Origin: Longimicrobiales bacterium
GTDB taxonomy: Bacteria; Gemmatimonadota; Gemmatimonadetes; Longimicrobiales; Gaopeijiaceae
NCBI GenBank assembly: GCA_965205005.1
Contig: OZ242028.1
Coordinates: 569,250-633,249, forward strand
Length of the DNA stretch: 64,000 nt
Reading direction: 5' to 3'
Part shown: in pieces, positions 34,613 through 44,241 of the stretch
Position numbering within the stretch: the stretch's first letter is position 1
How the letters are laid out: each line of letters opens with the position of its first letter
Program-made: the position numbers and the translations under genes
The notes under the pieces: generated by a model
The model's input: only the letters and a program-made list of their open reading frames with translations
What the model was told of the DNA's origin: nothing
Databases searched by the model: none

Positions 34613-36007
34613 TCAGCTGCCCGGCACCCCCGGCTCGGTCATCTGGCGCACGTCCAGGGCCTCGTCCAGCTCGTCCGGGTCGATCAGCCCCATCTCCTCC
34701 ACCACCTCGCGCACCGACCGTCCCTCGCTCGCGGCCTTCTTGGCCACCACGGCAGCCTTGTCGTAGCCGATGTACGCGTTCAGCGCCGTCGCAATCGACG
34801 GGTTCCGCTCCAGCAGCTCCCGGGCCCGCTCCGGACGCGCCGTGATCCCGGCGACGCACCGGTCGGTGAAGACCGCGGCAGCGTTGCCCAGCAGCGTGAT
34901 CGACTCCAGCAGCGCGTCGGCGATCACCGGCATCATCACGTTGAGCTCGAAGTTCCCGCGCTGGCCGCCCACGGTGACCGTCGTCGCGTTCCCCATCACG
35001 CGCGCGCACACCATCATCAGCGCCTCGCAGATCACCGGGTTGACCTTGCCCGGCATGATCGAACTTCCCGGCTGCACGGCCGGCAGCTGAATCTCCGAGA
35101 TGCCCGACGTCGGCCCGCTCGCCAGCCAGCGGATGTCGTCCGCGACCTTCATCAGGCTCGCCGCCACCGTATTCAGCGCCCCAGCCAGCGACACGCACGC
35201 GTCCTTGGCGCCCTGCGCCTCGAAGTGGTCCTCGGCCTCGCGGAAATCGATCCCGTACCGGGCCGCGACCCTGGCCATCGTGCGGCTCGCGAACTCGGGA
35301 TGCGTGTTGATCCCGCTCCCGGTCGCGGTCCCGCCCAGCGCCACCTCGGCCAGCTCCTCGCCGGCGCGCTCCACGCGTTCGATCCCCTTCTCGACCTGCC
35401 GCGCATAGCCCCCGAACTCCTGTCCCAGCCGCACCGGCGTCGCGTCCATGAGGTGGGTCCGGCCCGACTTCACGATGCCGTCGAAGTCGCGCGCCCTGTC
35501 CGCGAGCGCCCCCTGCAGACGGCCAAGCGACGGGACCAGCTCGTCGCGGATCGCCGCCCGGCAGGCGATGTGGATCGCCGTCGGGATGATGTCGTTCGAC
35601 GACTGCCCGTAGTTGACGTGGTCGTTCGGATGCACGTGCGCCGATCCCGCCGCCGAACGGTTGGCCAGCGCCGCGATCACCTCGTTCGCGTTCATGTTGG
35701 TGGAGGTGCCGGACCCCGTCTGGTAGATGTCCAGCGGAAAGTGCTCGTCCCAGCGCCCCTCCGCGACCTCCCGCGAAGCCGCCGCGATCGCCTCCCCCCG
35801 CTCGGCCGAAACCAGCCCCAGCTCCACGTTCGTCTCGGCCGCAGCCTCCTTCAGCCGTCCCAACGCCTCGATGAACCGCCGCCCGAAAGGCCGCCCGCTG
35901 ATCGGAAAGTTGTCGATCGCCCGCTGCGTCTGGGCGCCGTAGAGAGCGTCGGCGGGAACCCGCACTTCGCCCATGGAGTCCTTCTCGATTCGATGGGATC
36001 GTGACAT
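34613..36007 (-). CDS. fumC: Class II fumarate hydratase
   Basis: Trimmed to MSRSHRIEKDSMGEVRVPADALYGAQTQRA. GSSIMPGKVNP signature; TGSGTSTNMN. Confidence 0.92.
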   Translation of the reverse strand: MSRSHRIEKDSMGEVRVPADALYGAQTQRAIDNFPISGRPFGRRFIEALGRLKEAAAETNVELGLVSAERGEAIAAASREVAEGRWDEHFPLDIYQTGSGTSTNMNANEVIAALANRSAAGSAHVHPNDHVNYGQSSNDIIPTAIHIACRAAIRDELVPSLGRLQGALADRARDFDGIVKSGRTHLMDATPVRLGQEFGGYARQVEKGIERVERAGEELAEVALGGTATGSGINTHPEFASRTMARVAARYGIDFREAEDHFEAQGAKDACVSLAGALNTVAASLMKVADDIRWLASGPTSGISEIQLPAVQPGSSIMPGKVNPVICEALMMVCARVMGNATTVTVGGQRGNFELNVMMPVIADALLESITLLGNAAAVFTDRCVAGITARPERARELLERNPSIATALNAYIGYDKAAVVAKKAASEGRSVREVVEEMGLIDPDELDEALDVRQMTEPGVPGS

Positions 36008-36083
36008 GATCGTACTCTTGGCTTGGCTGAGGTGGCGTGCGAACCGCCCGCGCACGGCGGACGAACGAGGAAAGATAGCAACG

Positions 36084-36803
36084 ATGACTCCAGTCGCACT
36101 CGTGACCGGCGGGGGGGTCAGGGTGGGGAGGGCGATCGCCCTGGCGCTGGCCGAGGACGGATACGACCTGCTGGTCAGCTACAACACGTCGCCTGCGGGT
36201 GCCGCCGAGGTCGAAGCGGCGGCCAGGCGGACCGGAAGGCGTGCCCACGCGGTGCGCGCCGACCTGTCACGCGAAGAGGATGCAGTCCGCCTGGCGCGCC
36301 TCGCCCGGGAGCGGTTCGGTCGCCTCGACCTGCTGGTCAACTCGGCCGCGAGCTTCGTCGCCAACGACCTGCTCGATGTCGCCGCCGACGAATGGGACGC
36401 GGTCATGGCGGTGAACCTGCGCGCGCCCTTTCTCCTGATCCGCGAAACCGCCGCGATGCTGCGCGCCACCCGGGGCGCCGTCGTCAACATCGCGGATCTC
36501 TCCGCGCTGCGGCCCTGGACGAGCCACCCGCACCACGCGGTGTCGAAGGCCGGCCTGCTGCACCTCACCCGGGTCGCCGCCAAGCGGCTGGCGCCCGAGG
36601 TGCGCGTCAACGCGGTGGCGCCGGGGTACGTGCTGCCGCCCGAGCACCACAGCGAGGCCGAGATCGAACGCACCCGGCGGCGCGTCCCGCTCGGCCGCGT
36701 GGGCACGCCCGGCGACGTGGCGAGCGCCGTTCGGTTTCTGGCCCGGGCCGGCTACGTCACCGGCCAGGTTATCGTCGTCGACGGCGGCCTGGGGCTCGGG
36801 TAG
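36084..36803 (+). CDS. SDR family oxidoreductase, pteridine reductase-like
   Basis: MTPVALVTGGGVRVGRAIALALAEDGYDLLVSY and HHAVSKAG (YxxxK variant region). GAGGAAAG SD upstream. Assignment to the pteridine reductase subfamily is by resemblance only. Confidence 0.7.
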   Translation: MTPVALVTGGGVRVGRAIALALAEDGYDLLVSYNTSPAGAAEVEAAARRTGRRAHAVRADLSREEDAVRLARLARERFGRLDLLVNSAASFVANDLLDVAADEWDAVMAVNLRAPFLLIRETAAMLRATRGAVVNIADLSALRPWTSHPHHAVSKAGLLHLTRVAAKRLAPEVRVNAVAPGYVLPPEHHSEAEIERTRRRVPLGRVGTPGDVASAVRFLARAGYVTGQVIVVDGGLGLG

Positions 36804-36881
36804 CGGTCAGCGCAGGGGCTCCGGCCCCCTCGCCGTCCGCGGTGCGACGCGACCGGCCCGCCCGCCGCATCACCCGCTCGA

Positions 36882-37271
36882 TCAGCCGTCGTGGAGGATC
36901 TTCGCGACCACCATGCCCGCGATGCCGTACATCACCACCGACACGACGGCGTCGCCCACCACCGTCGTCACGGTGTACATGCCCTCGGTGGTCCCGAACA
37001 TGGTCAGCCCCATCGAGAGGCTGAACAGCAGGCCCACGGAAGCCCCCGACTTGAACGCCTCGACGGGACCCCCGGCTGCCCTCCAGCTCAGCACGAGCGC
37101 GAGCAGCGCCCCGCTGGCCAGCTGCCCGGCCGCGACGGCCCAGTAGGCGGGCGCCTCCGCCATGGCGTCGTTGGCGAAGAAGTCCGCCAACAGAAGCCCG
37201 TAGATGACGAATCCGAGCACGAACAGGGTCACGCCGCCGGCGACGGTCGCGAGGATGCATTTCTGGTTCAC
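36882..37271 (-). CDS. Small integral membrane protein (about four TM segments)
   Basis: GTG 37271 is preceded by an AAGGAGA SD. Hydrophobic segments include ILATVAGGVTLFVLGFVIYGLLL and AVAAGQLASGALLALVL. Confidence 0.55.
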   Translation of the reverse strand: MNQKCILATVAGGVTLFVLGFVIYGLLLADFFANDAMAEAPAYWAVAAGQLASGALLALVLSWRAAGGPVEAFKSGASVGLLFSLSMGLTMFGTTEGMYTVTTVVGDAVVSVVMYGIAGMVVAKILHDG

Positions 37272-37376
37272 GGTGTCTCCTTGATCGGGAGGGATGCATT
37301 TGCTGGTGCGGCCAAGGTGCGGTTCGGTGGTGACCGGCCGCAAGGATGAGCCGAAGATCCAGGTTCATTACGCTAT

Positions 37377-37392
37377 TGAGTAAATTTACTCA
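37377..37392. promoter_or_regulatory. Perfect 16-bp AT-rich palindrome TGAGTAAATTTACTCA
   Basis: Located 14 nt downstream of the trxB stop and about 105 nt upstream of the membrane-protein start. It shares TGAGTA/TACTCA half-sites with the antitoxin operators at 12792-12808 and 14555-14571. Confidence 0.4.
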
Positions 37393-37405
37393 GTGCGCAC
37401 TCCAG

Positions 37406-38389
37406 CTACCCTTCGTGCGCCAGGAACCGCTCGGCCTCCAGCGCGGCCATGCAGCCCGTGCCCGCCGCCGACACGGCCTGGCGGTAGTAGTCGTCCATGA
37501 CGTCGCCCGCCGCGAAGACGCCGGGCACGTTCGTCTCGGTGCGCCACGGGGTGGGGAGCCGCACGTAGCCGTTGTCCTTGAGGTCGACGTGGCCGCGCAG
37601 GAAGGCCGTGTTGGGGTCGTGGCCGATGGCGACGAACATCCCGCCGACGGCGACCTCGGACTCCCGCCCGCTCACCGTGTCCCGCAGCCTGAGGCCGGTG
37701 ATGACGTCGTCGCCCAGCACGGCCTCCACCGTCCTGTTCCACAAAAAACGCATCTTCTCGCTCGCGAATGCACGATCCTGCATGATCCGGGAGGCCCGGA
37801 GTTCGTCGCGGCGATGAATGAGCAGGACCTCGCTGGCGAACTTGGTCATGTAGAGGGCTTCCTCCATGGCGCTGTCGCCGCCGCCCACCACGGCGACCAC
37901 CTGGCCGCGGAAGTGCGGCAGGGCTCCGTCGCAAACGGCGCACGCGGACACGCCGCCGCCGCTCTGGGCCAGCCGCTCCTCGCCCGGGACGCCAAGCCAG
38001 CGCGCGTTGGCGCCGGTCGCGACCACGACCGTGCTTGCGCGGACCTCCTGCCCGCCCGAGGAGCGCAGCAGGAAGGGCCTGTCCGAGAAGTCGACCTCGA
38101 CGATGTCCTCGGTGAAGACGCGCGTGTCGAAGCGAAGCGCCTGGTTCTTGAACGCCATCATCATCTCGATGCCGCCGATCCCGTCGGCGAACCCGGGGTA
38201 GTTCTCCACATCGGTGGTGAACATGAGCTGGCCGCCCGGGATCATGGTGCGGTGGCCCGCGCCCTCGAAGACGAGCGGGTTGAGGTTCGCGCGCGCTGCG
38301 TATATGGCGGCGGTCCAGCCGGCGGGGCCGGAACCGACGATCACGATCTTCTCGATGTTGTTGTCGGACATGGGGTTGGTGTTGGACAT
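37406..38389 (-). CDS. trxB: Thioredoxin-disulfide reductase
   Basis: IVIVGSGPAGWTAAIYAAR, CAVCDG redox centre, GGGDSAMEEA, FAAGDV. The start is ambiguous (38389 or 38371) because of an 18-bp tandem repeat carrying ATG codons. Confidence 0.9.
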   Translation of the reverse strand: MSNTNPMSDNNIEKIVIVGSGPAGWTAAIYAARANLNPLVFEGAGHRTMIPGGQLMFTTDVENYPGFADGIGGIEMMMAFKNQALRFDTRVFTEDIVEVDFSDRPFLLRSSGGQEVRASTVVVATGANARWLGVPGEERLAQSGGGVSACAVCDGALPHFRGQVVAVVGGGDSAMEEALYMTKFASEVLLIHRRDELRASRIMQDRAFASEKMRFLWNRTVEAVLGDDVITGLRLRDTVSGRESEVAVGGMFVAIGHDPNTAFLRGHVDLKDNGYVRLPTPWRTETNVPGVFAAGDVMDDYYRQAVSAAGTGCMAALEAERFLAHEG

Positions 38390-38419
38390 GGGTTTGGTGT
38401 TGGACGTGGGAGTTTCGTC
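38366..38419. repeat. 18-bp tandem repeat (about 2.5-3 copies) at the 5' end of trxB
   Basis: ggacatggggttggtgtt / ggacatgggtttggtgtt / ggacgtgggagtttcgtc. It encodes (T)SNTKP-MSNTNP-MSDNN on the minus strand. Confidence 0.8.
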
Positions 38420-39675
38420 TATTCCCTGTAAAGTTCGGAGTTCCGGTAGCATTCCAGACCCCGCCTCAGAAGCAGCTTGATGCCGACGGCCAGCGGGACC
38501 CCGATCAGCAGGCCCGCGAAGCCGAAGAAGAAGCCGCCCAGGGACAGGGACAGCACGATCCACACCGGGTGCAGCCCCACGGATTCTCCAACGATCCGCG
38601 GGCTGATCACCGTGCTCTCGAGCGCCTGGGCGACTCCGTAGACAACCGCGACCTTGATAAGCGAAAGGCCGATTGCGTCGCTGACGAGCGCGAGTACGAT
38701 CGCCGGAACGAGCGACACCGCCACGCCGAGATAGGGGACCACGCCGAGGACGGCGACGGTCGCGCCCAGCAGGAAGGCATACGGGAAGCCTACGATCAGG
38801 AGGCCGAGCCAGGTGACGGCGCCGGTCAGCAGCGAGGCCGAGACCTGGCCACGCAGATAGCGGGACAGGAGCTCGTCGTAGTCGCGCAGGAAGCTGGTGG
38901 CGCCGGGACGGACTCTGCCGGGAATGAGGCTGCCTGCGCGCGCGACGATGCGGTCGTAGTCGCGCAGCAGGTAGAACATGAGCACGGGCGTGAGCACGAG
39001 GTAGCCCAGGATCGTGGCCAGAGTGCCGAACCCGCGGCCGAGCCCGAGCACGGTGGCCCAGGCCCTTTCCGTGAGGTCGGCGCGTCTCGACTCCAGGAAG
39101 TCGGTGATCATCTGCCCGTCGATCGCCTGTACGCGGGCGAGCAGCGCCGCCTCGTCCAGGAACGGGATGTCGAAGCCCAGGGTCGCGGGGGTCAGCCCGT
39201 GCAGCCAGGTCGTGAAGGCATCGAGGGCCCGCGGCGTCTCGGCGATCAGCGCGCGTACCTGTTGCATGATCTCCGGGACGGCGAAGACGATGGCCAGGGC
39301 GCCCGCGGCCAGGAACGGGACCAGGAGAAGGAAGATTGCCAGCGTGCGCCCGATGCGCGGGTGCGCCGAGATCCGGTCGGCGACGGGATCCAGGATGTAC
39401 GCGAGCACGAACGCCAGGAAAAACGGGGCGAGCAGGGAGCCCGCCGTGTCCAGTACCCAGAGCGCCGCGAGGATGGTGGCGACCGTAACCATGAGGGCGT
39501 GGCCGCGGATTCCGCGAAACGGAGCCAGGAGCGCGATGAACACGCAGTAGAGCAGGAAGGGATTGAGGAGGTCGCGCAGGCTGTACAGGAAGAAACCGCC
39601 CGCCAAAACCAGTACCGCCGCCTGCGCGACGCGCCAGGGGCCGTCGGTGCCCGTGCCGGAGCCCGCGCTCACCAT
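38419..39675 (-). CDS. AI-2E family transporter (PerM/UPF0118)
   Basis: Eight or so TM segments. The C-terminal GLHPVWIVLSLSLGGFFFGFAGLLIGVPLA is typical of this family. Confidence 0.85.
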   Translation of the reverse strand: MVSAGSGTGTDGPWRVAQAAVLVLAGGFFLYSLRDLLNPFLLYCVFIALLAPFRGIRGHALMVTVATILAALWVLDTAGSLLAPFFLAFVLAYILDPVADRISAHPRIGRTLAIFLLLVPFLAAGALAIVFAVPEIMQQVRALIAETPRALDAFTTWLHGLTPATLGFDIPFLDEAALLARVQAIDGQMITDFLESRRADLTERAWATVLGLGRGFGTLATILGYLVLTPVLMFYLLRDYDRIVARAGSLIPGRVRPGATSFLRDYDELLSRYLRGQVSASLLTGAVTWLGLLIVGFPYAFLLGATVAVLGVVPYLGVAVSLVPAIVLALVSDAIGLSLIKVAVVYGVAQALESTVISPRIVGESVGLHPVWIVLSLSLGGFFFGFAGLLIGVPLAVGIKLLLRRGLECYRNSELYRE

Positions 39676-40109
39676 CCCGCCTCCGCGATTATCGCGTCCG
39701 CTCGCAGTACCACGTCACGCGTCTCCTTGTATGGGACCCGTGACGCGGCGTCGGCGACGGGAAGCCACGCGCAGGCGCTGATCCCCTCGTCGAGCTGCGG
39801 GACGGGCTCGCCCGTGCGGCTCTGCATCAGGAAGAACGTGCAGTACTTGTGCACGGTCCTGTCCCCGTGCTGGAACTTCCAGTCGATGGTATCGATGCGG
39901 GGGCCCACGATCTCCGGGCTGATCCCCGTTTCCTCCTCGACTTCGCGCAGCGCCGCTTCGCGCAGGCTTTCGCCGCCCTCGATGTGTCCCTTGGGCAGCG
40001 ACCACCGGCCGTACGGGTCCCTGATCAGCAGCGCGTGCCACACGCCGGCAACGGGACGGACGACGACTCCGCCCGCGCTGCGCTCGATCCTCGCCGTCGC
40101 TTCGGACAT
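39669..40109 (-). CDS. NUDIX hydrolase
   Basis: Nudix box GHIEGGESLREAALREVEEETGI. Confidence 0.85.
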   Translation of the reverse strand: MSEATARIERSAGGVVVRPVAGVWHALLIRDPYGRWSLPKGHIEGGESLREAALREVEEETGISPEIVGPRIDTIDWKFQHGDRTVHKYCTFFLMQSRTGEPVPQLDEGISACAWLPVADAASRVPYKETRDVVLRADAIIAEAGW

Positions 40110-40129
40110 CGTTTCCCGTGCCTCGCGGT

Positions 40130-41116
40130 CTAGAAGATCGAGAAGCTCAGGTAGCGTCGCGGATGCTGCCGGATGTCCTCCAGCAACGTGCGCAGCTGCG
40201 CGACCGCGTCCATGGCGCCTTCGGCCAGTGCCGGGTCCGCAAGCAGCCGGCCCAGCGAGCCTTCCTCGTCCTCGAACGCGGCCAGCAGTCCGTCGAGGCG
40301 TGCAAAGGTGGCATCGGCCTGACGGGCGGCGGACTGGAGGTCCGACAGCGAAGCGTCCATGCGCCCGGTCATGTTCCTGATGTTCTCCACGCCCGCGCCC
40401 GCATCGGCAAGCAGCTGCTGAACCTGGCCGTCCGCGATGATCTCGTCGACATGTTCGAACGACAACCGGGCCGCGCGTGCCGCCGCCCCGAGTTCACGAG
40501 TGGACGCGTCGACCCCCTCCGTCAGGGCGTCGAAGCGTTCGGCCTGCTGGTTGATGATCTCGTCGAATCGGTCGCTGATTTCGCCGAGGTTGTCGATCGC
40601 CCTGCCGAGATTCTGCGCCGTCTCTTCGGTGAAGGCGATCTCGAACCGCTCCGAAATGGTCGTGAGATTCTGCGCGATCTCGTCGGCGGTGGCCGTGAGG
40701 CGCGAGAAATCGGGAAGGGCCACCCCTGGAAGCACCCCTTCGTCCGGATAGTCCAGGTACGGGTGGGTGTCGTATTCGTCCCGCCGGATGATCTCGGCCT
40801 GCCAGTCCCCGAACATGGATTCCGGGGCGATCAGGACCGCCGCGTCGGCCGGAATGACCAGGTCCGGCCGAATCGACATGTCGATGAGGACGGCCTCGCC
40901 GCTGGGCACCACCGCAACCGACTGCACTCGTCCAACGGCGACCCCGCGGAACTTGACCGAGGCCCCCTCGACGAGCTGTCCGACGCTGGTGGAGGCGGCG
41001 CGCAGCGTGACCTGGTCGCGGCCCCATGCGCCCTGCAGCCAGATGGTGCCCACCACCCCGACCGCAATCCCGAGCATCACCACCAGCCCGACCGTGACTT
41101 CGCGTCTACGCTCCAT
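40130..41116 (-). CDS. mlaD: MlaD/MCE-domain protein with a long C-terminal coiled-coil region
   Basis: MERRREVTVGLVVMLGIAVGVVG TM anchor. The MCE core includes VKFRGVAVGRVQSV. Operon with the ABC ATPase and permease. Confidence 0.8.
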   Translation of the reverse strand: MERRREVTVGLVVMLGIAVGVVGTIWLQGAWGRDQVTLRAASTSVGQLVEGASVKFRGVAVGRVQSVAVVPSGEAVLIDMSIRPDLVIPADAAVLIAPESMFGDWQAEIIRRDEYDTHPYLDYPDEGVLPGVALPDFSRLTATADEIAQNLTTISERFEIAFTEETAQNLGRAIDNLGEISDRFDEIINQQAERFDALTEGVDASTRELGAAARAARLSFEHVDEIIADGQVQQLLADAGAGVENIRNMTGRMDASLSDLQSAARQADATFARLDGLLAAFEDEEGSLGRLLADPALAEGAMDAVAQLRTLLEDIRQHPRRYLSFSIF

Positions 41117-41876
41117 GTTCCCGTCCTCCTTGCAGTCCATAGTACAACCCGGGATCGCCCTCCACGAAGCCGCGAAGCACGTCGTCGCGCGCGGCATGCA
41201 CGTCCGCGGGCGTGCCCGTGAACCGGGCCTTCCCCTCATGGAGAAGTGTAATCCTGTCGGCTACCCGGAAGGCGCTTGTCATGTCATGAGTCACCACGAG
41301 TCCGGTCACGCCCAGTTCGTCGCGCATTCGGAGTATGAGTTGGTCGATCACCGACGTCGTGACGGGATCCAGCCCGGTCGTCGGTTCGTCATACAGCAGG
41401 TACTTCGGGGACGCCGCAATGGCCCGCGCCAGCCCGGCCCGCTTGCGCTGGCCGCCGCTCAGCTGCGCCGGGTAGCGCTCGCCGTAGCCGTCAAGGTCGA
41501 CCAGCGACAGGCACTCGTCCACGCGCTGCCCGATGCGCCCGGGGTCCCAGCGCGGCAGGCGCTTCAACCCCATTCCCACGTTCTGGGCGATCGTCATGGA
41601 ATCGAACAGCGCCGCGAACTGGAAGACATAGCCGATACGCCTGCGCAGCCGCGCGAGTTCCCGCCTGCGCAGGTCGGGAACCGACTCGCCGTCCACGAGA
41701 ACAGTACCCAGATCCGGCCGCATCAGTCCGACCAGGTGCTTCAGGAGCACGGACTTGCCGCTCCCCGACGGCCCGACGATCGCCGCCGTTTCACCTTCGC
41801 GGACGTCCAGGGTGAATCCGCGAAGGACCTCCTTCCGACCGAACGACTTGCGGAGATCGGCGATCCGGATGCTCAC
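41106..41876 (-). CDS. mlaF: ABC transporter ATP-binding protein (MlaF-like)
   Basis: GTG 41876 overlaps the permease stop. GPSGSGKS Walker A, LSGGQRKRAGLARA signature, LLYDEPTTGLD Walker B. Confidence 0.9.
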   Translation of the reverse strand: MSIRIADLRKSFGRKEVLRGFTLDVREGETAAIVGPSGSGKSVLLKHLVGLMRPDLGTVLVDGESVPDLRRRELARLRRRIGYVFQFAALFDSMTIAQNVGMGLKRLPRWDPGRIGQRVDECLSLVDLDGYGERYPAQLSGGQRKRAGLARAIAASPKYLLYDEPTTGLDPVTTSVIDQLILRMRDELGVTGLVVTHDMTSAFRVADRITLLHEGKARFTGTPADVHAARDDVLRGFVEGDPGLYYGLQGGREHGA

Positions 41877-42664
41877 AGCAGCGTCGCCGCCCAGAAGGCG
41901 TCCAGACAGAGGATGATCATGCTCGCGATCACCACCGTCCGGGTCGCGCTCCGTCCCACGCCCTCGGCGCCGCGCTCCGTCTGGAGCCCCTGGAAGCACC
42001 CCACGCCCGTAACGACCGCCCCGAAGGACACGGACTTGATGACGCCGAACCACACGTCCCAGGGCTCGAAGAGCAGACGAAGTCCCTTGACGAACTCCTG
42101 CGAAGACATGTCCAGCAGCTGGAGCGCCGTGAACCAGCCGGAGAGGATGCCCATTGCGATTGCGAGCAGGACGACGATCGGGAACATCAGGACCCCCGCC
42201 ATCATCCGGGGAACGACCAGGTAGGCGAGTGGATCGTAGGCGAGCGTCTCCAGCGCGTCGACCTGCTCGGTGACGCGCATCGTCCCCAACTCGGCGGAGA
42301 TGTTCGCACCGACGCGGCCCGCCAGCGTTAGGCCCGTCAGGACAGGTCCCAGTTCCAGCATCATCGTCTTGCCGACCAGCGCGCCCACGAAGTAGAGCGG
42401 AATCGTTCCGGTCAGCGTATACGATGCCTGCAGGGACATGACAATGCCGGTGAAGGTCGCGATGAAGAGCGCAATGGGAACCGACGCCACGCCGATTCGG
42501 GCCATCTGGGGGAACAGCTGGGGGCCCCAGATGCCCGGGTGGCGCAACGCCCCCGCGGTACCGGCGAAAAGAAGCCACGCACGCCCTATTGAACCGAGGG
42601 CCGTGACCGTGCTGCGTCCGGCCGTCGCGAGAGGTCTCAGGACGAAGTCATGCATGGAAAACAA
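41873..42664 (-). CDS. mlaE: ABC transporter permease (MlaE-like)
   Basis: ISAELGTMRVTEQVDAL is the conserved MlaE motif. Multiple TM segments. Confidence 0.85.
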   Translation of the reverse strand: MFSMHDFVLRPLATAGRSTVTALGSIGRAWLLFAGTAGALRHPGIWGPQLFPQMARIGVASVPIALFIATFTGIVMSLQASYTLTGTIPLYFVGALVGKTMMLELGPVLTGLTLAGRVGANISAELGTMRVTEQVDALETLAYDPLAYLVVPRMMAGVLMFPIVVLLAIAMGILSGWFTALQLLDMSSQEFVKGLRLLFEPWDVWFGVIKSVSFGAVVTGVGCFQGLQTERGAEGVGRSATRTVVIASMIILCLDAFWAATLL

Positions 42665-42670
42665 TAACCA

Positions 42671-43012
42671 TCAGAACGCGGTCAGGGTGAACGACACCCG
42701 ATCCATCAGGGGATCGATCCCTCCCGCACCACGCCAGTGTACCTCGACTTCACCGACCTGGTCCGCAGCGGCGCGGAAGACGATCTCCACTTCCAGATCC
42801 TGCTCACGGCTGCGGATCGTAGTCCGGACCAGACCCCCCTCGGGCCTCGCGCGCGACCGCGCCGGGTTTCTGAACAGCGTTTTTGTCGACTGGCGCCCGT
42901 TGGGCAGGCGGCGCGTAACCCGAATCCGATCGAGCCAATCCGGGTGATAGCTGATGCGGTAGCGGAAACCCCGCTGATCGACGCCCGTTCCCTTGCGGTT
43001 GTGTCGGGCCAT
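42671..43012 (-). CDS. Hypothetical small basic protein (113 aa)
   Basis: Trimmed to MARHNRKGTGVDQRGFRYRISYHP, immediately after the M50 peptidase stop. No recognisable motif. Confidence 0.45.
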   Translation of the reverse strand: MARHNRKGTGVDQRGFRYRISYHPDWLDRIRVTRRLPNGRQSTKTLFRNPARSRARPEGGLVRTTIRSREQDLEVEIVFRAAADQVGEVEVHWRGAGGIDPLMDRVSFTLTAF

Positions 43013-43013
43013 C

Positions 43014-44180
43014 TCAGAGCTGCAGTGGTGCGGGTGAGAAGCTGAGCAGGAATAGTACGATGGTCGCCCACCCCAGGATCCTGCGGCCCCTTTCCAGCGG
43101 CGCCTCCTCCATGAGTACCGGCGGGTGCGCGAGGCTGCCGCGCCCCAGCACCAGCGCGACCGCACTCCAGAGCCACCATCCCCACCACACGAACCCCAGT
43201 GCAAGCATGAGCGCCACGAACGCCAACGCGAAGGTGCGCTGACGGGATCCGGCAAGGGCGTAGAGGATGTGCCCGCCGTCCAGTTGCCCCAGCGGGACGA
43301 GGTTGAGCGCGGTGACGAAGATCCCCAGCCAGCCGGCGAACGCCAGCGGGTGGAGCAGCACGGTATCGCCGTTCTCGAACCCCGGGACCGCGATCAGCGC
43401 CGCCGCCTGCATGACGACGTTGTTGCCGATCCGGATCGGCTGATCCAGGAAGCGCACCAGAAACGGCTGGAGTCCGGCGTCGCTGCCCGGAATCGTCTCC
43501 GACAGACCCAGTCCGATCATCACAAGTGGCAGCGAGAGCAGAAAGCTCGCGACCGGACCCGCCACCCCGATGTCGAAGAGCACCGACCGCCGGACCATCG
43601 GGCCGTGGAGCCGGATGAAGGCGCCGAGGGTTCCGACCAGCGAGAAGTAGGGCGGGCACGGCAGGAAGTACGGAAGCGAAACGGCGACCCGGTGCCGGCG
43701 TGCAGCGACGTAGTGTGCCAGTTCGTGACCGAGGAGAACGCCGATAAACGCGATCGCGAAGGGGAGTCCGACCCCGAGGGCCGGGATTCCCAGACGCGTG
43801 GGCACCGGGAACCACTGGCCGCCGATATGACGTGAAACCGTGCCGAGAACATCGATGCCGGCAAGAAACCCGCCCGCGACCGAAACGCTCGCAAAGGCCG
43901 CCAGAAAGAGACCCAGATGCAGCAGAAGACGCCGGGGCGGCGCGGGTCCGTCCCGCCGCAGCGCGACCAGACTCGCAGTGTCTCCGTGCTCGTGGGTGTG
44001 GACTTGGTCGGCCCACGCAGCCACCTTTAGCATATCCTCCTCGGAGACATCGTCCCGCATCCGCCCGCGCACAACCTGGTACGCGCCGGCCCTGCCAGCC
44101 CCGTGGTCCGTCAGAATGCTCGTCCACGGTGGGTCGGAATGGGGAACCGTGGCCTCCTGGGATACGGTGGCTTTATCCAT
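43014..44180 (-). CDS. Site-2 protease family (M50) membrane metallopeptidase
   Basis: HELAHY zinc motif. NLVPLGQLDGGH (the second conserved M50 motif). Start trimmed to ATG 44180 to clear the divergent rho gene. Confidence 0.75.
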   Translation of the reverse strand: MDKATVSQEATVPHSDPPWTSILTDHGAGRAGAYQVVRGRMRDDVSEEDMLKVAAWADQVHTHEHGDTASLVALRRDGPAPPRRLLLHLGLFLAAFASVSVAGGFLAGIDVLGTVSRHIGGQWFPVPTRLGIPALGVGLPFAIAFIGVLLGHELAHYVAARRHRVAVSLPYFLPCPPYFSLVGTLGAFIRLHGPMVRRSVLFDIGVAGPVASFLLSLPLVMIGLGLSETIPGSDAGLQPFLVRFLDQPIRIGNNVVMQAAALIAVPGFENGDTVLLHPLAFAGWLGIFVTALNLVPLGQLDGGHILYALAGSRQRTFALAFVALMLALGFVWWGWWLWSAVALVLGRGSLAHPPVLMEEAPLERGRRILGWATIVLFLLSFSPAPLQL

Positions 44181-44241
44181 GAACCTCGCCGCGGGTCCTC
44201 CTCCCCGGACCGTCGAATCAGGCCCCATTCGTGACTTCCCG

